This document shows positions 9,483 to 17,571 of a stretch of DNA of 35,952 nt, piece by piece; the first letter of the stretch is position 1; the number at the start of each line of letters is the position of its first letter. A program made the position numbers and the translations under genes. The notes beneath the pieces are model-generated. The model made no database searches and was not told the DNA's origin. It was given only the letters and a program-made list of their open reading frames with translations. The stretch comes from Nitrospirae bacterium MYbin3 (GTDB taxonomy: Bacteria; Nitrospirota; Thermodesulfovibrionia; Thermodesulfovibrionales; Dissulfurispiraceae), in NCBI GenBank assembly GCA_002753335.1, contig PEAD01000029.1, forward strand, positions 1-35,952. The letters run 5' to 3'.

Positions 9483-10508
9483 TTGAAAGTTGCGGTTTAT
9501 CACAACAATTCTGATGTCAGAATAGAAGAGCGCCCTATTCCTGCTATAGGCGACGGGGAAATCCTCGTCAAAATGAAGGCGTCGGGTATTTGCGGAACCG
9601 ATGTTATGCAGTGGTACAGGATTAAAAAAGGGCCGCGAGTGCTCGGCCATGAAATGGCAGGAGAGATAGTCGAAACAGGCAATGGTGTTGAACAGTTCAA
9701 ATCCGGAGATCGAGTATTCGTCTCGCATCATGTGCCCTGCTATTCATGCGTTTATTGCGATCAGGGCAACTACACTGCCTGCTCACCCCTGCACACAGGA
9801 AATTATGAGCCGGGCGGGTTTTCGGAATACATAAGGGTACCTGCGCTCAATGTTAAAACAGGAACATTTCTGCTTCCCGCAGGGATGTCATACGAAACTG
9901 CTACAATGATAGAGCCGCTTGCCTGCGCCGTGCTTGGACAAAAGAGCCTTGATGTTAAAAAAGGGCAGACTGTAGTTGTCTTCGGCTCCGGTATTTCGGG
10001 ACTGCTTCATATCCAGATGTCAAAACTTAAAGGCGCAAAGGTTATAGCCACAGACATTAACAAATACAGACTTAATAAGGCGTTGGAATTCGGAGCAGAC
10101 CATGCAATTCACGCTTCCGAATATTCTGTAGAAAAGCTTAAAGAACTAAACAACGGCAGGCTAGCGGACAGAATTGTCGTTTGCGCAGGAGCAAAACAGG
10201 CGGTTGCCAGCGCCGTGGAGTCGATAGATAAAAGAGGCGTGATACTTTTCTTTGCGGTGCCGCAGGAGGATATCTGCATTCCATCGGTAAACTTCTGGCG
10301 CGATGAGATTTCGGTGCGTTTTTCATACGGCGCATCCCCGCAGGATCTGAAAGAAGCGCTTGCTCTAATTGAAACAAACGCTGTTGATGTACAAAAAATG
10401 ATCACACATAAAGTGTCGCTGTCAGGAATACAGGAAGGGTTCAGGATGGTTTCTGAGGCTGCTGATTCCCTGAAAGTGGCGGTAATACCCGATGATTCAA
10501 TTAAATAA
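9483..10508 (+). CDS. Zn-dependent medium-chain dehydrogenase (sorbitol/L-iditol/threonine dehydrogenase-like)
   Basis: TTG start; GICGTD, GHEMAG, structural zinc CxxCxxCx7C, EPLAC, Rossmann GSGISG. Confidence 0.9.
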   Translation: MKVAVYHNNSDVRIEERPIPAIGDGEILVKMKASGICGTDVMQWYRIKKGPRVLGHEMAGEIVETGNGVEQFKSGDRVFVSHHVPCYSCVYCDQGNYTACSPLHTGNYEPGGFSEYIRVPALNVKTGTFLLPAGMSYETATMIEPLACAVLGQKSLDVKKGQTVVVFGSGISGLLHIQMSKLKGAKVIATDINKYRLNKALEFGADHAIHASEYSVEKLKELNNGRLADRIVVCAGAKQAVASAVESIDKRGVILFFAVPQEDICIPSVNFWRDEISVRFSYGASPQDLKEALALIETNAVDVQKMITHKVSLSGIQEGFRMVSEAADSLKVAVIPDDSIK

Positions 10509-10520
10509 GGAGAGAATGAA

Positions 10521-11537
10521 ATGATTGTTGTAATGAAAATCGGAGCAGCGGATGAGGAACTCAAACATGTCTGCAAAAAAGCTGAAGAGCTTGGGTTTTC
10601 TCCGCATGTAATATACGGCAAAGAGCGAAATGTCATCGGTCTTGTAGGAACCGGCGGAAACAGGGAAGAAGTATTTATCATCGAGGAGTTCGAGGGTGTT
10701 GACAGCATAGTGCCGATAAGCAAGCCTTACAAACTTGCAAGCCGTGAAGTAAAGCGCGAGACCTCGATCGTAAATATCGGCGGAGTAAAAATAGGCGGGG
10801 AAGAGCTGATTGTTATGGCAGGCCCCTGCTCTGTCGAGAGCAAAGAGCAGATAGTAAGTTCAGCCCGCCACGTTAAAGCTGCGGGAGCCAGGATTCTCCG
10901 CGGCGGAGCGTTCAAGCCCAGAACCAGCCCCTACTCCTTCAGAGGACTCGGTGAGGAAGGACTCAAGCATCTAGCAAAAGCACGCTCTGAGACAGGGCTT
11001 CCGATTGTTACCGAAGTGGTTAATCCTGTGGATATCGATATTGTTTATAAATACGCAGACGCTTTTCAGGTCGGCGCGCGCAACATACAGAATTTTGCGC
11101 TGCTTACGGCATTAGGCCAGGCAAAAAAGCCTGTGCTTCTAAAAAGAGGGATGGCAACAACAATCGAAGAATTTCTTATGGCAGCCGAGTATATAATGTC
11201 TGAGGGCAACCACGATGTAGTTCTTTGCGAAAGAGGCATAAGGACCTTTGAGACCGCAACAAGAAACACGCTCGACATTGCGTGCATTCCGGTTGTGAAG
11301 GCAAAGTCTCATCTGCCGATAGTGATTGATCCAAGCCATGCTGCAGGGCATGTTCAGTATGTTCCATCTCTGTCAAAAGCGGCTATAGCAGCAGGGGCAG
11401 ACGGTTTGATAATTGAGGTTCACCCTGAGCCGGAGCGCGCTACGAGCGATGGCGCACAATCACTTACCCCGAATCAGTTCGCAAAACTGATGTCAGAGCT
11501 GAAGTTGATAGCGCCTGCAGTTGGCAGAAAGCTGTAA
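10521..11537 (+). CDS. aroF: DAHP synthase, type I-beta with N-terminal regulatory (ACT/ferredoxin-like) domain
   Basis: AGPCSVES, GGAFKPRTSPYSF, QVGARN.QN, LLKRG, CERGIRTF, DPSH, EVHP; about 70 aa N-terminal extension. Confidence 0.95.
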   Translation: MIVVMKIGAADEELKHVCKKAEELGFSPHVIYGKERNVIGLVGTGGNREEVFIIEEFEGVDSIVPISKPYKLASREVKRETSIVNIGGVKIGGEELIVMAGPCSVESKEQIVSSARHVKAAGARILRGGAFKPRTSPYSFRGLGEEGLKHLAKARSETGLPIVTEVVNPVDIDIVYKYADAFQVGARNIQNFALLTALGQAKKPVLLKRGMATTIEEFLMAAEYIMSEGNHDVVLCERGIRTFETATRNTLDIACIPVVKAKSHLPIVIDPSHAAGHVQYVPSLSKAAIAAGADGLIIEVHPEPERATSDGAQSLTPNQFAKLMSELKLIAPAVGRKL

Positions 11538-11571
11538 CAAATATTCAATTATATTTTTCTTGGAGGATTAG

Positions 11572-12015
11572 ATGAAAAAATTTGATCTTGAACTTGCGGT
11601 GGGAATATTCCTGCTTGTCGGAATTATGTCGCTTGCGTACATTTCTATAAAGTTAGGCAGGCTAGAGGTTATGGGGAATTCGGGATACACTGTTTATGCT
11701 GAGTTCGTAAAGTCAGGCGGGGTCAAAAACGGTGCGGTGGTTGAGATTGCTGGCGTTCAGATAGGAAAAATAAAAAGCATAAAACTTAACGGAGAATATA
11801 TGGCTAGGGTCGAGATGGTTATCAACGAGGATATAAAACTTCAGGATGATGCCATAGCCTCGATAAAAACAAAAGGCCTCATTGGAGAGAAGTATATCGA
11901 AATTACTCCCGGCGGTTCCGATAAAGGTGTTTCTGACGGAGGCAAGCTTCGAGAAACAGAGTCAGCAATTGATATAGAAGAGCTTATTTCCAAATACGCC
12001 TTCGGCAAAGTTTAA
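11572..12015 (+). CDS. mlaD: MCE-domain lipid asymmetry protein MlaD
   Basis: N-terminal TM (AVGIF...), F...GGVK.GA.V.IAGV.IG, I.T.GLIGEKYI.I.PGG, TESAIDIEELISK. Confidence 0.92.
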   Translation: MKKFDLELAVGIFLLVGIMSLAYISIKLGRLEVMGNSGYTVYAEFVKSGGVKNGAVVEIAGVQIGKIKSIKLNGEYMARVEMVINEDIKLQDDAIASIKTKGLIGEKYIEITPGGSDKGVSDGGKLRETESAIDIEELISKYAFGKV

Positions 12016-12022
12016 CTAAGGA

Positions 12023-13399
12023 GTGACAAAATTGAAGTATATTTATTATCTAATTTTTTGTGCAATTATAATCGCGTCTTCACCAGCCGTCTCGGTATCG
12101 GCTGAAGCTTCTAAACCCAAGACGGTCCTGAATCTTCAGGAATGCATAAAAAAAGCTGTGGAGATAAGCCCCGAAATTGGAGAAACCCGTTTTGAAGAAG
12201 ATGTCTATAAGGCAAAAAAAATGCAGGCCGACTCAGCCCTCTATCCGCAAATCGATATGCTTGCGATTACAGGCCCCTCGCCAAAAGCAAGGAGAGAACA
12301 GCTTAACCCAATAGACACAAGCTCTAAAACAAGCATCGGCGGCATATTCGGCAATGCCGAGGCTACGCTTATACAGCCGCTTTACACATTCGGCAAGATA
12401 AGCAGCTACAGGGAAGCAGCGGCAAGTGGTATTAAGGTTGCAAAAGCAGGCGTTGACAGGAAAACGTCAGAAATAGTTCTCAGGACAAAAGAACTTTATT
12501 TCGGGCTTCTGCTTGCCAGAGATTTGAGAAAGCTTATACTCGAGATTAAAGATGGCATCGTCAGCGCTATAGAGAAGGCAGAAAAGCAGATAGCGACAGG
12601 ATCGCCGGCAGCGGATGAGCTGAATCTTTTCAAACTGAACGCATTCTATGGAGAGGTTCAGAGAAACCTGAACGAGGCAGAAAAAGGCATTGCGTTGGCT
12701 AAAGACGCGCTCGCTACAAGCATGGGATTGCCTTTGAATGCTGATTTTGATATTGCGGATGATTCCCTCACCCCTCAGGACAGAACAGTTGATGATGTAT
12801 CCAGATACATTCAGCTCTCCCGAGAACTCAGACCTGAATTCCTTCAAATAAAAGAGGGGCTGATAGCAAAAAATGCCTTGGTTAATGTTGAAAAGAGCAA
12901 TCTTTATCCGATGGTCTTTGCCGGTTTGAAAGGCTCTGTTTCTGCTGCATCGAACAGGGATCGGATAAACAATCCTTATATCGATGATTATTTCAACCAT
13001 TCATACGGCGGCGCTTTCATGGGGCTGAAATGGGCTGTGGATTTCGGCATAACAAAAGGCAGAATTCAGGAATCGCTCGCAGAGTACCACAAGATTGCAG
13101 AAAAGAAAAAGTTTGCTGACGAAGCTATTCCTTTTCAGGTGAGAAAGTTTTACCTCGATTTCGAAGAGGCACGGAAAAATATATTCGAGACCGAGAAGGG
13201 TTATACAAACGCAAAAAAATGGCTTGTTGCAGCAATCGCCAACCTTGACCTCGGCATAGGAGATGCTAAGGATATGGCTGACGCGGCACTTGCTTACGCG
13301 ATGCTGAAAGCCAATAATCTTAAATCAATGTACAACCACAGGATAGCTTACGCAAATCTTTTGTATGCCTCTGGATTGGACCTAAAGGAATTAAAATAG
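12023..13399 (+). CDS. TolC-family outer membrane protein
   Basis: GTG start, signal peptide, L.LQECI..A...SP, QPLYTFGK, RPE, YP..F, duplicated OEP helical pattern. Confidence 0.85.
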   Translation: MTKLKYIYYLIFCAIIIASSPAVSVSAEASKPKTVLNLQECIKKAVEISPEIGETRFEEDVYKAKKMQADSALYPQIDMLAITGPSPKARREQLNPIDTSSKTSIGGIFGNAEATLIQPLYTFGKISSYREAAASGIKVAKAGVDRKTSEIVLRTKELYFGLLLARDLRKLILEIKDGIVSAIEKAEKQIATGSPAADELNLFKLNAFYGEVQRNLNEAEKGIALAKDALATSMGLPLNADFDIADDSLTPQDRTVDDVSRYIQLSRELRPEFLQIKEGLIAKNALVNVEKSNLYPMVFAGLKGSVSAASNRDRINNPYIDDYFNHSYGGAFMGLKWAVDFGITKGRIQESLAEYHKIAEKKKFADEAIPFQVRKFYLDFEEARKNIFETEKGYTNAKKWLVAAIANLDLGIGDAKDMADAALAYAMLKANNLKSMYNHRIAYANLLYASGLDLKELK

Positions 13400-13405
13400 G
13401 AGGGG

Positions 13406-14029
13406 ATGATGAAAACTTTGGTTTGTTTGTTGTCTGCAATATTTTTTCTGATATCAGGCTTTAATGCCCATGCCGGAGAACCGACCGATCAGATTCGGGT
13501 TACGGTTGATAAGGTTATCGATATTTTGAAGAACAAAGAGATGAAACGACCTGATAAAACGAGAGAAAGGCGTTCTGCCATTCGTAAGGTGGTTCTGGAA
13601 CGCTTTGATTTTGAGGAGATGGCAAAAAGGTCTCTCGCGCAAAACTGGAGCAAAAGAACACCTGAAGAGAAAAAGGAGTTCGTATCTTTATACACAGATC
13701 TGCTTGAACGGTCATACATAAAGAAAATAGAAAATTACAGCGATGAAAAGGTTGTTTATCTGGAAGAAAAAACCGACGGTGAAAATTCTATAGTAAAAAC
13801 TAAAATGATAACAAAGAACGGCACCGAGATTCCTGTAGATTACAAGCTCGCAAAACTGAACAGCAGATGGAATGTTTATGACATATCTGTGGAGGGTGTA
13901 AGTCTTGTCAATAATTACAGAAACCAGTTCAACAAGATAATCCGTTCGCATGTCAACGGCTATGCCGAGCTTTTAAAGATGATGCGCAGCAAGCAGGAAG
14001 ACGAGGCGTTCGAGGAAAAGAAAAAATAG
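13406..14029 (+). CDS. mlaC: MlaC/Ttg2D periplasmic phospholipid-binding protein
   Basis: Signal peptide; FDFEEMAKRSLA..W, EF..L...LL..SY, VDY.L, W.VYDI.VEGVSLV.NYR.QF. Confidence 0.9.
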   Translation: MMKTLVCLLSAIFFLISGFNAHAGEPTDQIRVTVDKVIDILKNKEMKRPDKTRERRSAIRKVVLERFDFEEMAKRSLAQNWSKRTPEEKKEFVSLYTDLLERSYIKKIENYSDEKVVYLEEKTDGENSIVKTKMITKNGTEIPVDYKLAKLNSRWNVYDISVEGVSLVNNYRNQFNKIIRSHVNGYAELLKMMRSKQEDEAFEEKKK

Positions 14030-14037
14030 CTTCCTGC

Positions 14038-14208
14038 ATGCAGATTAAATGCCCGCACTGCAAAAAGAAGACTACTTGGGAAGAAAACCCATGGAAGCCC
14101 TTTTGCTCCGAAAGATGCAAACTTATTGACCTCGGCAAATGGGCGATGGAAGAGTATAAGATACCTGCAAGAGATGATGAATCAGAAATCGAGGAGGAGA
14201 ATAAATGA
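14038..14208 (+). CDS. yacG: DNA gyrase inhibitor YacG
   Basis: Manual translation, 56 aa: MQIKCPHCKKKTTWEENPWKPFCSERCKLIDLGKWAMEEYKIPARDDESEIEEENK*. CPxC...PFCSxRCxxIDLGxW signature; stop overlaps the dapB start (ATGA). Not in the ORF track. Confidence 0.95.
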   Translation: MQIKCPHCKKKTTWEENPWKPFCSERCKLIDLGKWAMEEYKIPARDDESEIEEENK

Positions 14209-15008
14209 CAAAGATTATAGTGACAGGCGCTACCGGAAGAATGGGCAGCAGAATTGCGGCGCTTTCAAAAGAATATGCGGATATTAAACTGGCAGGTACG
14301 ACCGAGAGAAAAGGACATGTACTGCTCGGTAAAGACATAGGTGGAATTCTAGGCATAGGCGAAAACGGGATAAAACTAGTTGATAACCTTGGCGCGGTTA
14401 TAGAAGCCTGCGATGTCGTGATAGATTTCACATCCATTGCCTCCTCCCTTGAACACCTTAAAATAGCTGCCGCAAATAAAAAGGCGATGATAATTGGAAC
14501 AACAGGCTTTTCTAAAGATGAACTGGCAGAGGCAAAAAAAATCGCTGAAGGCATTCCCGTTGTAATAGCTCCGAATGTGAGTGTGGGAGTGAATCTTCTG
14601 CTGAAAGTATTGCAGGATATAGCGCGGGTTTTTGGCGATGACTACGACATCGAAATAGTTGAGTCACACCACAGGCTAAAAAAAGATGCACCGAGCGGGA
14701 CCGCAATAAAGATGGCTCAGGTAATAGCCGATGCTGTAAACAGAAATCTGGATGAAGTTGCGGTTTATGCCAGGAAAGGCATAATCGGTGAGAGAACAAA
14801 AAAAGAGATCGGTATCCAGACCGTCAGAGCGGGCGATATAGTCGGCGAACACACCGTGCTTTTCGGCGGTCTTGGCGAGAGGATAGAGATAACACATAAG
14901 GCATCAAGCAGAGACACTTTTGCCAGAGGAGCTTTAAAGGCCGCATCATGGATAGTTGGCCGGAAGCCCGGAATATATGATATGCAGGATGTCCTTGGCC
15001 TAAAGTAA
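14205..15008 (+). CDS. dapB: 4-hydroxy-tetrahydrodipicolinate reductase
   Basis: GATGRMG, DFT, IGTTG, E.HHR.K.DAPSGTA, R.GDIVGEH, FA.GA. Confidence 0.97.
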   Translation: MTKIIVTGATGRMGSRIAALSKEYADIKLAGTTERKGHVLLGKDIGGILGIGENGIKLVDNLGAVIEACDVVIDFTSIASSLEHLKIAAANKKAMIIGTTGFSKDELAEAKKIAEGIPVVIAPNVSVGVNLLLKVLQDIARVFGDDYDIEIVESHHRLKKDAPSGTAIKMAQVIADAVNRNLDEVAVYARKGIIGERTKKEIGIQTVRAGDIVGEHTVLFGGLGERIEITHKASSRDTFARGALKAASWIVGRKPGIYDMQDVLGLK

Positions 15009-15017
15009 TAAACCGCC

Positions 15018-16583
15018 ATGGCGGAGAAAATTATAATCTACGGCCTTTCGAGCGTAGGATTAAGAGTTGCAGAGTTCCTTAAACAGACAGGAACAGAGCC
15101 TTTAGTTGCAACCTATCCTGCATCGCCCTATCTATCAAAAATCAAAAACTGCTGCACAAATGTCATAGAGGCCGACCTTTCTAATTTTGAACTCTTACGA
15201 AAAATTGAGATCTCGGATGCCTCTGCCATAATACTTCCGTCGAGCGATGAGCAGTTCAACCTGCAGGCTGCACTTCATGCTGTGGAGATTAATCCTAAAA
15301 TTAGTGTGGTTCTGAGGCTGTTCAACACAAAACTTGCAGCAAAGCTTGAAGAAAACATGCAGAACTTCAAAGTTATCAGTGCATCTCAGGTTGCATCCGC
15401 TGCATTCGCAACAGCAGCTCTACTCGAAAAGCCTATTCTTTCGCTAAAGGAGTCAGATAAAATTTTCAGCTTTTTCAGGGTTCCCTGCTCACTCTTTGCA
15501 CAAAAAACAGTGAACGAAACAGAAAAAGAACACAGCCTGGATATTGTTGCGATAAACAAAATGGTCTTTCCAGCAAAAAACGAAAAAATACCTGACAAAG
15601 GTTCTTTATGCATTTTTTCTGAGTTTAAAAATGGCTTTAGGTTCGAAAAACAGCCATGTCCTGAAAAAAACAATACGCCTACTAAAGCCATAAAAAAAGA
15701 AACCATACCCTTATCAAAAAGGCTTCTGGGAATGGACAAGATTTTACGAAATACATTGACAGCTCTCATTTCTGTCATTATTTTTTGCATAGCTTACTTT
15801 TACAGCTTCGAAAACCTCTCTTTCATTAATGCCGTTTATTTTGTAGTAACAGTCCTTACCAGCACAGGCTTCGGAGATATCAGCCTGAAAGATTCTTCCA
15901 CACTTTCTAAGATTATCGGCATTATGCTTATGCTTTCAGGAATATCACTTTTTACCATACTCTTTGCAATGATAACCGACACCTTAATAAAAAAGAGAAT
16001 GGATCTTATGCTCGGCCGTAAGCGAAGCAGGCTTTCAGGGCATATTGTCTTATGCGGAACAGGAGATGTCGGAATTCGTATTCTCGAAGACCTTCTGGCG
16101 CTCGGAGAAAAAGTTGTGGTGGTAGAAAAAAATCCCGAAAATAAATTTTTTGCTGCCGTTAAAGAGATGAATATCCCTTTTATAATATCTGATGCCACTC
16201 AGGAAAAAACTCTTTCCGACGCAAACATACCGGGCGCAAAAGCCATAATATGCGCAATGGACAACGACATAATAAATCTCGAAGTGGGTCTTAACGCAAG
16301 GGCGTTGAACAGAAACATACGGGTGGTGCTGAGAATATTCGATAAAGACTTCGCGTCACGCATAGAAAAATGTTTTGATATACATTACGCCCTCAGCTCT
16401 TCTCATATTGCGGCTCCTGCTTTTGCTTCGGCCGCTCAAGGAACAGGGGTGGTTAATACCCTCGATATCGAAGGTGAGCTGCTCTTTCTGGTTCAAGAAA
16501 AATTGGATGGCATAAAAGACGAACTGAAGACGCTTTTTGCCCTAAATGCCGATAATAAAGTATTTTATCTCAGAAAGGGCTAA
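15018..16583 (+). CDS. Potassium channel family protein with two RCK-N (TrkA-N) domains flanking a 2-TM pore
   Basis: N-terminal IIIYGLSSVG Rossmann; pore A.YF...T.TSTGFGD; second RCK HIVLCG.GDVG.RI; both RCKs end VVLR(L/I)F. Confidence 0.88.
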   Translation: MAEKIIIYGLSSVGLRVAEFLKQTGTEPLVATYPASPYLSKIKNCCTNVIEADLSNFELLRKIEISDASAIILPSSDEQFNLQAALHAVEINPKISVVLRLFNTKLAAKLEENMQNFKVISASQVASAAFATAALLEKPILSLKESDKIFSFFRVPCSLFAQKTVNETEKEHSLDIVAINKMVFPAKNEKIPDKGSLCIFSEFKNGFRFEKQPCPEKNNTPTKAIKKETIPLSKRLLGMDKILRNTLTALISVIIFCIAYFYSFENLSFINAVYFVVTVLTSTGFGDISLKDSSTLSKIIGIMLMLSGISLFTILFAMITDTLIKKRMDLMLGRKRSRLSGHIVLCGTGDVGIRILEDLLALGEKVVVVEKNPENKFFAAVKEMNIPFIISDATQEKTLSDANIPGAKAIICAMDNDIINLEVGLNARALNRNIRVVLRIFDKDFASRIEKCFDIHYALSSSHIAAPAFASAAQGTGVVNTLDIEGELLFLVQEKLDGIKDELKTLFALNADNKVFYLRKG

Positions 16584-16593
16584 AGGTGAATAT

Positions 16594-17568
16594 ATGATAA
16601 AAGTTGTTTTTGCTCTTGCATTTTATTCGATTATGCTATTTTTCAACGCAGATGTTTCAGCCTCTCTTTACAACAGTGAATACGAGGATAAATTCGAGCC
16701 TGCATCCCTATTTTGTCTTATAATTTTGATATACATAGCAGGTTACGCAATTGTCAGAATAAAAAAAGCCAAGGCGTCAGTTTTAGTTGACAACGGTGAA
16801 CCAACTCCTGCCGAAATAGCTTATCTCAACAAAGGAAGGCGTCATGCTATCTGCGTCTCTTTGTTCGACTTAATCAGAAGGGGCGTCCTCGAAATAAAAT
16901 CAGGCAACGCACTCAAATCAACTAAAAAAGATGACCGCCTCCTGTCCTACGAAATAATGCTGGTAGGTTTCTTTAGAAACGAAAAAAAGCTATCAAACTT
17001 GCTTAAAAACAAAGATGCTCTTAAAAACTACGACCTAGGCATCATAAATTCACTTTTGAGAAAAGGCTGCCTGAAAGATGCTGAAGAAGAGCGCTCGGTC
17101 GGAAATGGGTTAATCAGAAATTCTTTATTTTCACTGCTTTTGCTTCTCGCATTCATGTTCAATTCGGATGTATTATTTATAAAAGGAAATCCGTTTTTTT
17201 ATGCAGCTGTGGGCGTTAGTATTATTGCGCTCATTTCGGGAGCAGTTCTAAGGAAAGCTCATATACATTCAAAACGCGGCAATGAGTTTTTAAATAAATA
17301 CACAGACAAGATAAAAACTTCAGCCGACTATGTTTCGGACAAGAATAGTTATGACCCGTCTCTTAGCTATGGGGTTGCTGTACTCGGTTTCGGAATACTT
17401 GCAGGCTCGGTTTTTGATGAATTTCTGAATTATGTTTCATACACCCGGTCGAGGTTCCCTGATTCCAGTTCTGGTTGTTCGTCATGCTCCACCACAGGCG
17501 GAGATGGTGGAAGCAGCGGCGACGGCGGTGGAAGTGGTGGTTGCGGAGGCTGTGGCGGCGGGGATTAA
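16594..17568 (+). CDS. TIGR04222-like membrane protein with low-complexity Gly/Ser/Cys C-terminal tail
   Basis: P.P.EIAYL.KG.....SL..L.RRG.L motif after a TM helix; two further TM helices; VAVLG..IL segment; tail SSSGCSSCSTTGGDGGSSGDGGGSGGCGGCGGGD*. Start placed at ATG 16594 (AAAGGTGA upstream) rather than 16546. Family recognised by eye. Confidence 0.75.
   Translation: MIKVVFALAFYSIMLFFNADVSASLYNSEYEDKFEPASLFCLIILIYIAGYAIVRIKKAKASVLVDNGEPTPAEIAYLNKGRRHAICVSLFDLIRRGVLEIKSGNALKSTKKDDRLLSYEIMLVGFFRNEKKLSNLLKNKDALKNYDLGIINSLLRKGCLKDAEEERSVGNGLIRNSLFSLLLLLAFMFNSDVLFIKGNPFFYAAVGVSIIALISGAVLRKAHIHSKRGNEFLNKYTDKIKTSADYVSDKNSYDPSLSYGVAVLGFGILAGSVFDEFLNYVSYTRSRFPDSSSGCSSCSTTGGDGGSSGDGGGSGGCGGCGGGD
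17461..17565 (+). repeat. Low-complexity GGN-rich coding tract (Gly/Ser/Cys tail)
   Basis: Imperfect repeats such as ggtggaagcagcggc / ggtggaagtggtggt encoding GG(D/S/C) units; visibly more G-rich than the rest of the gene. Confidence 0.7.
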
Positions 17569-17571
17569 TCG

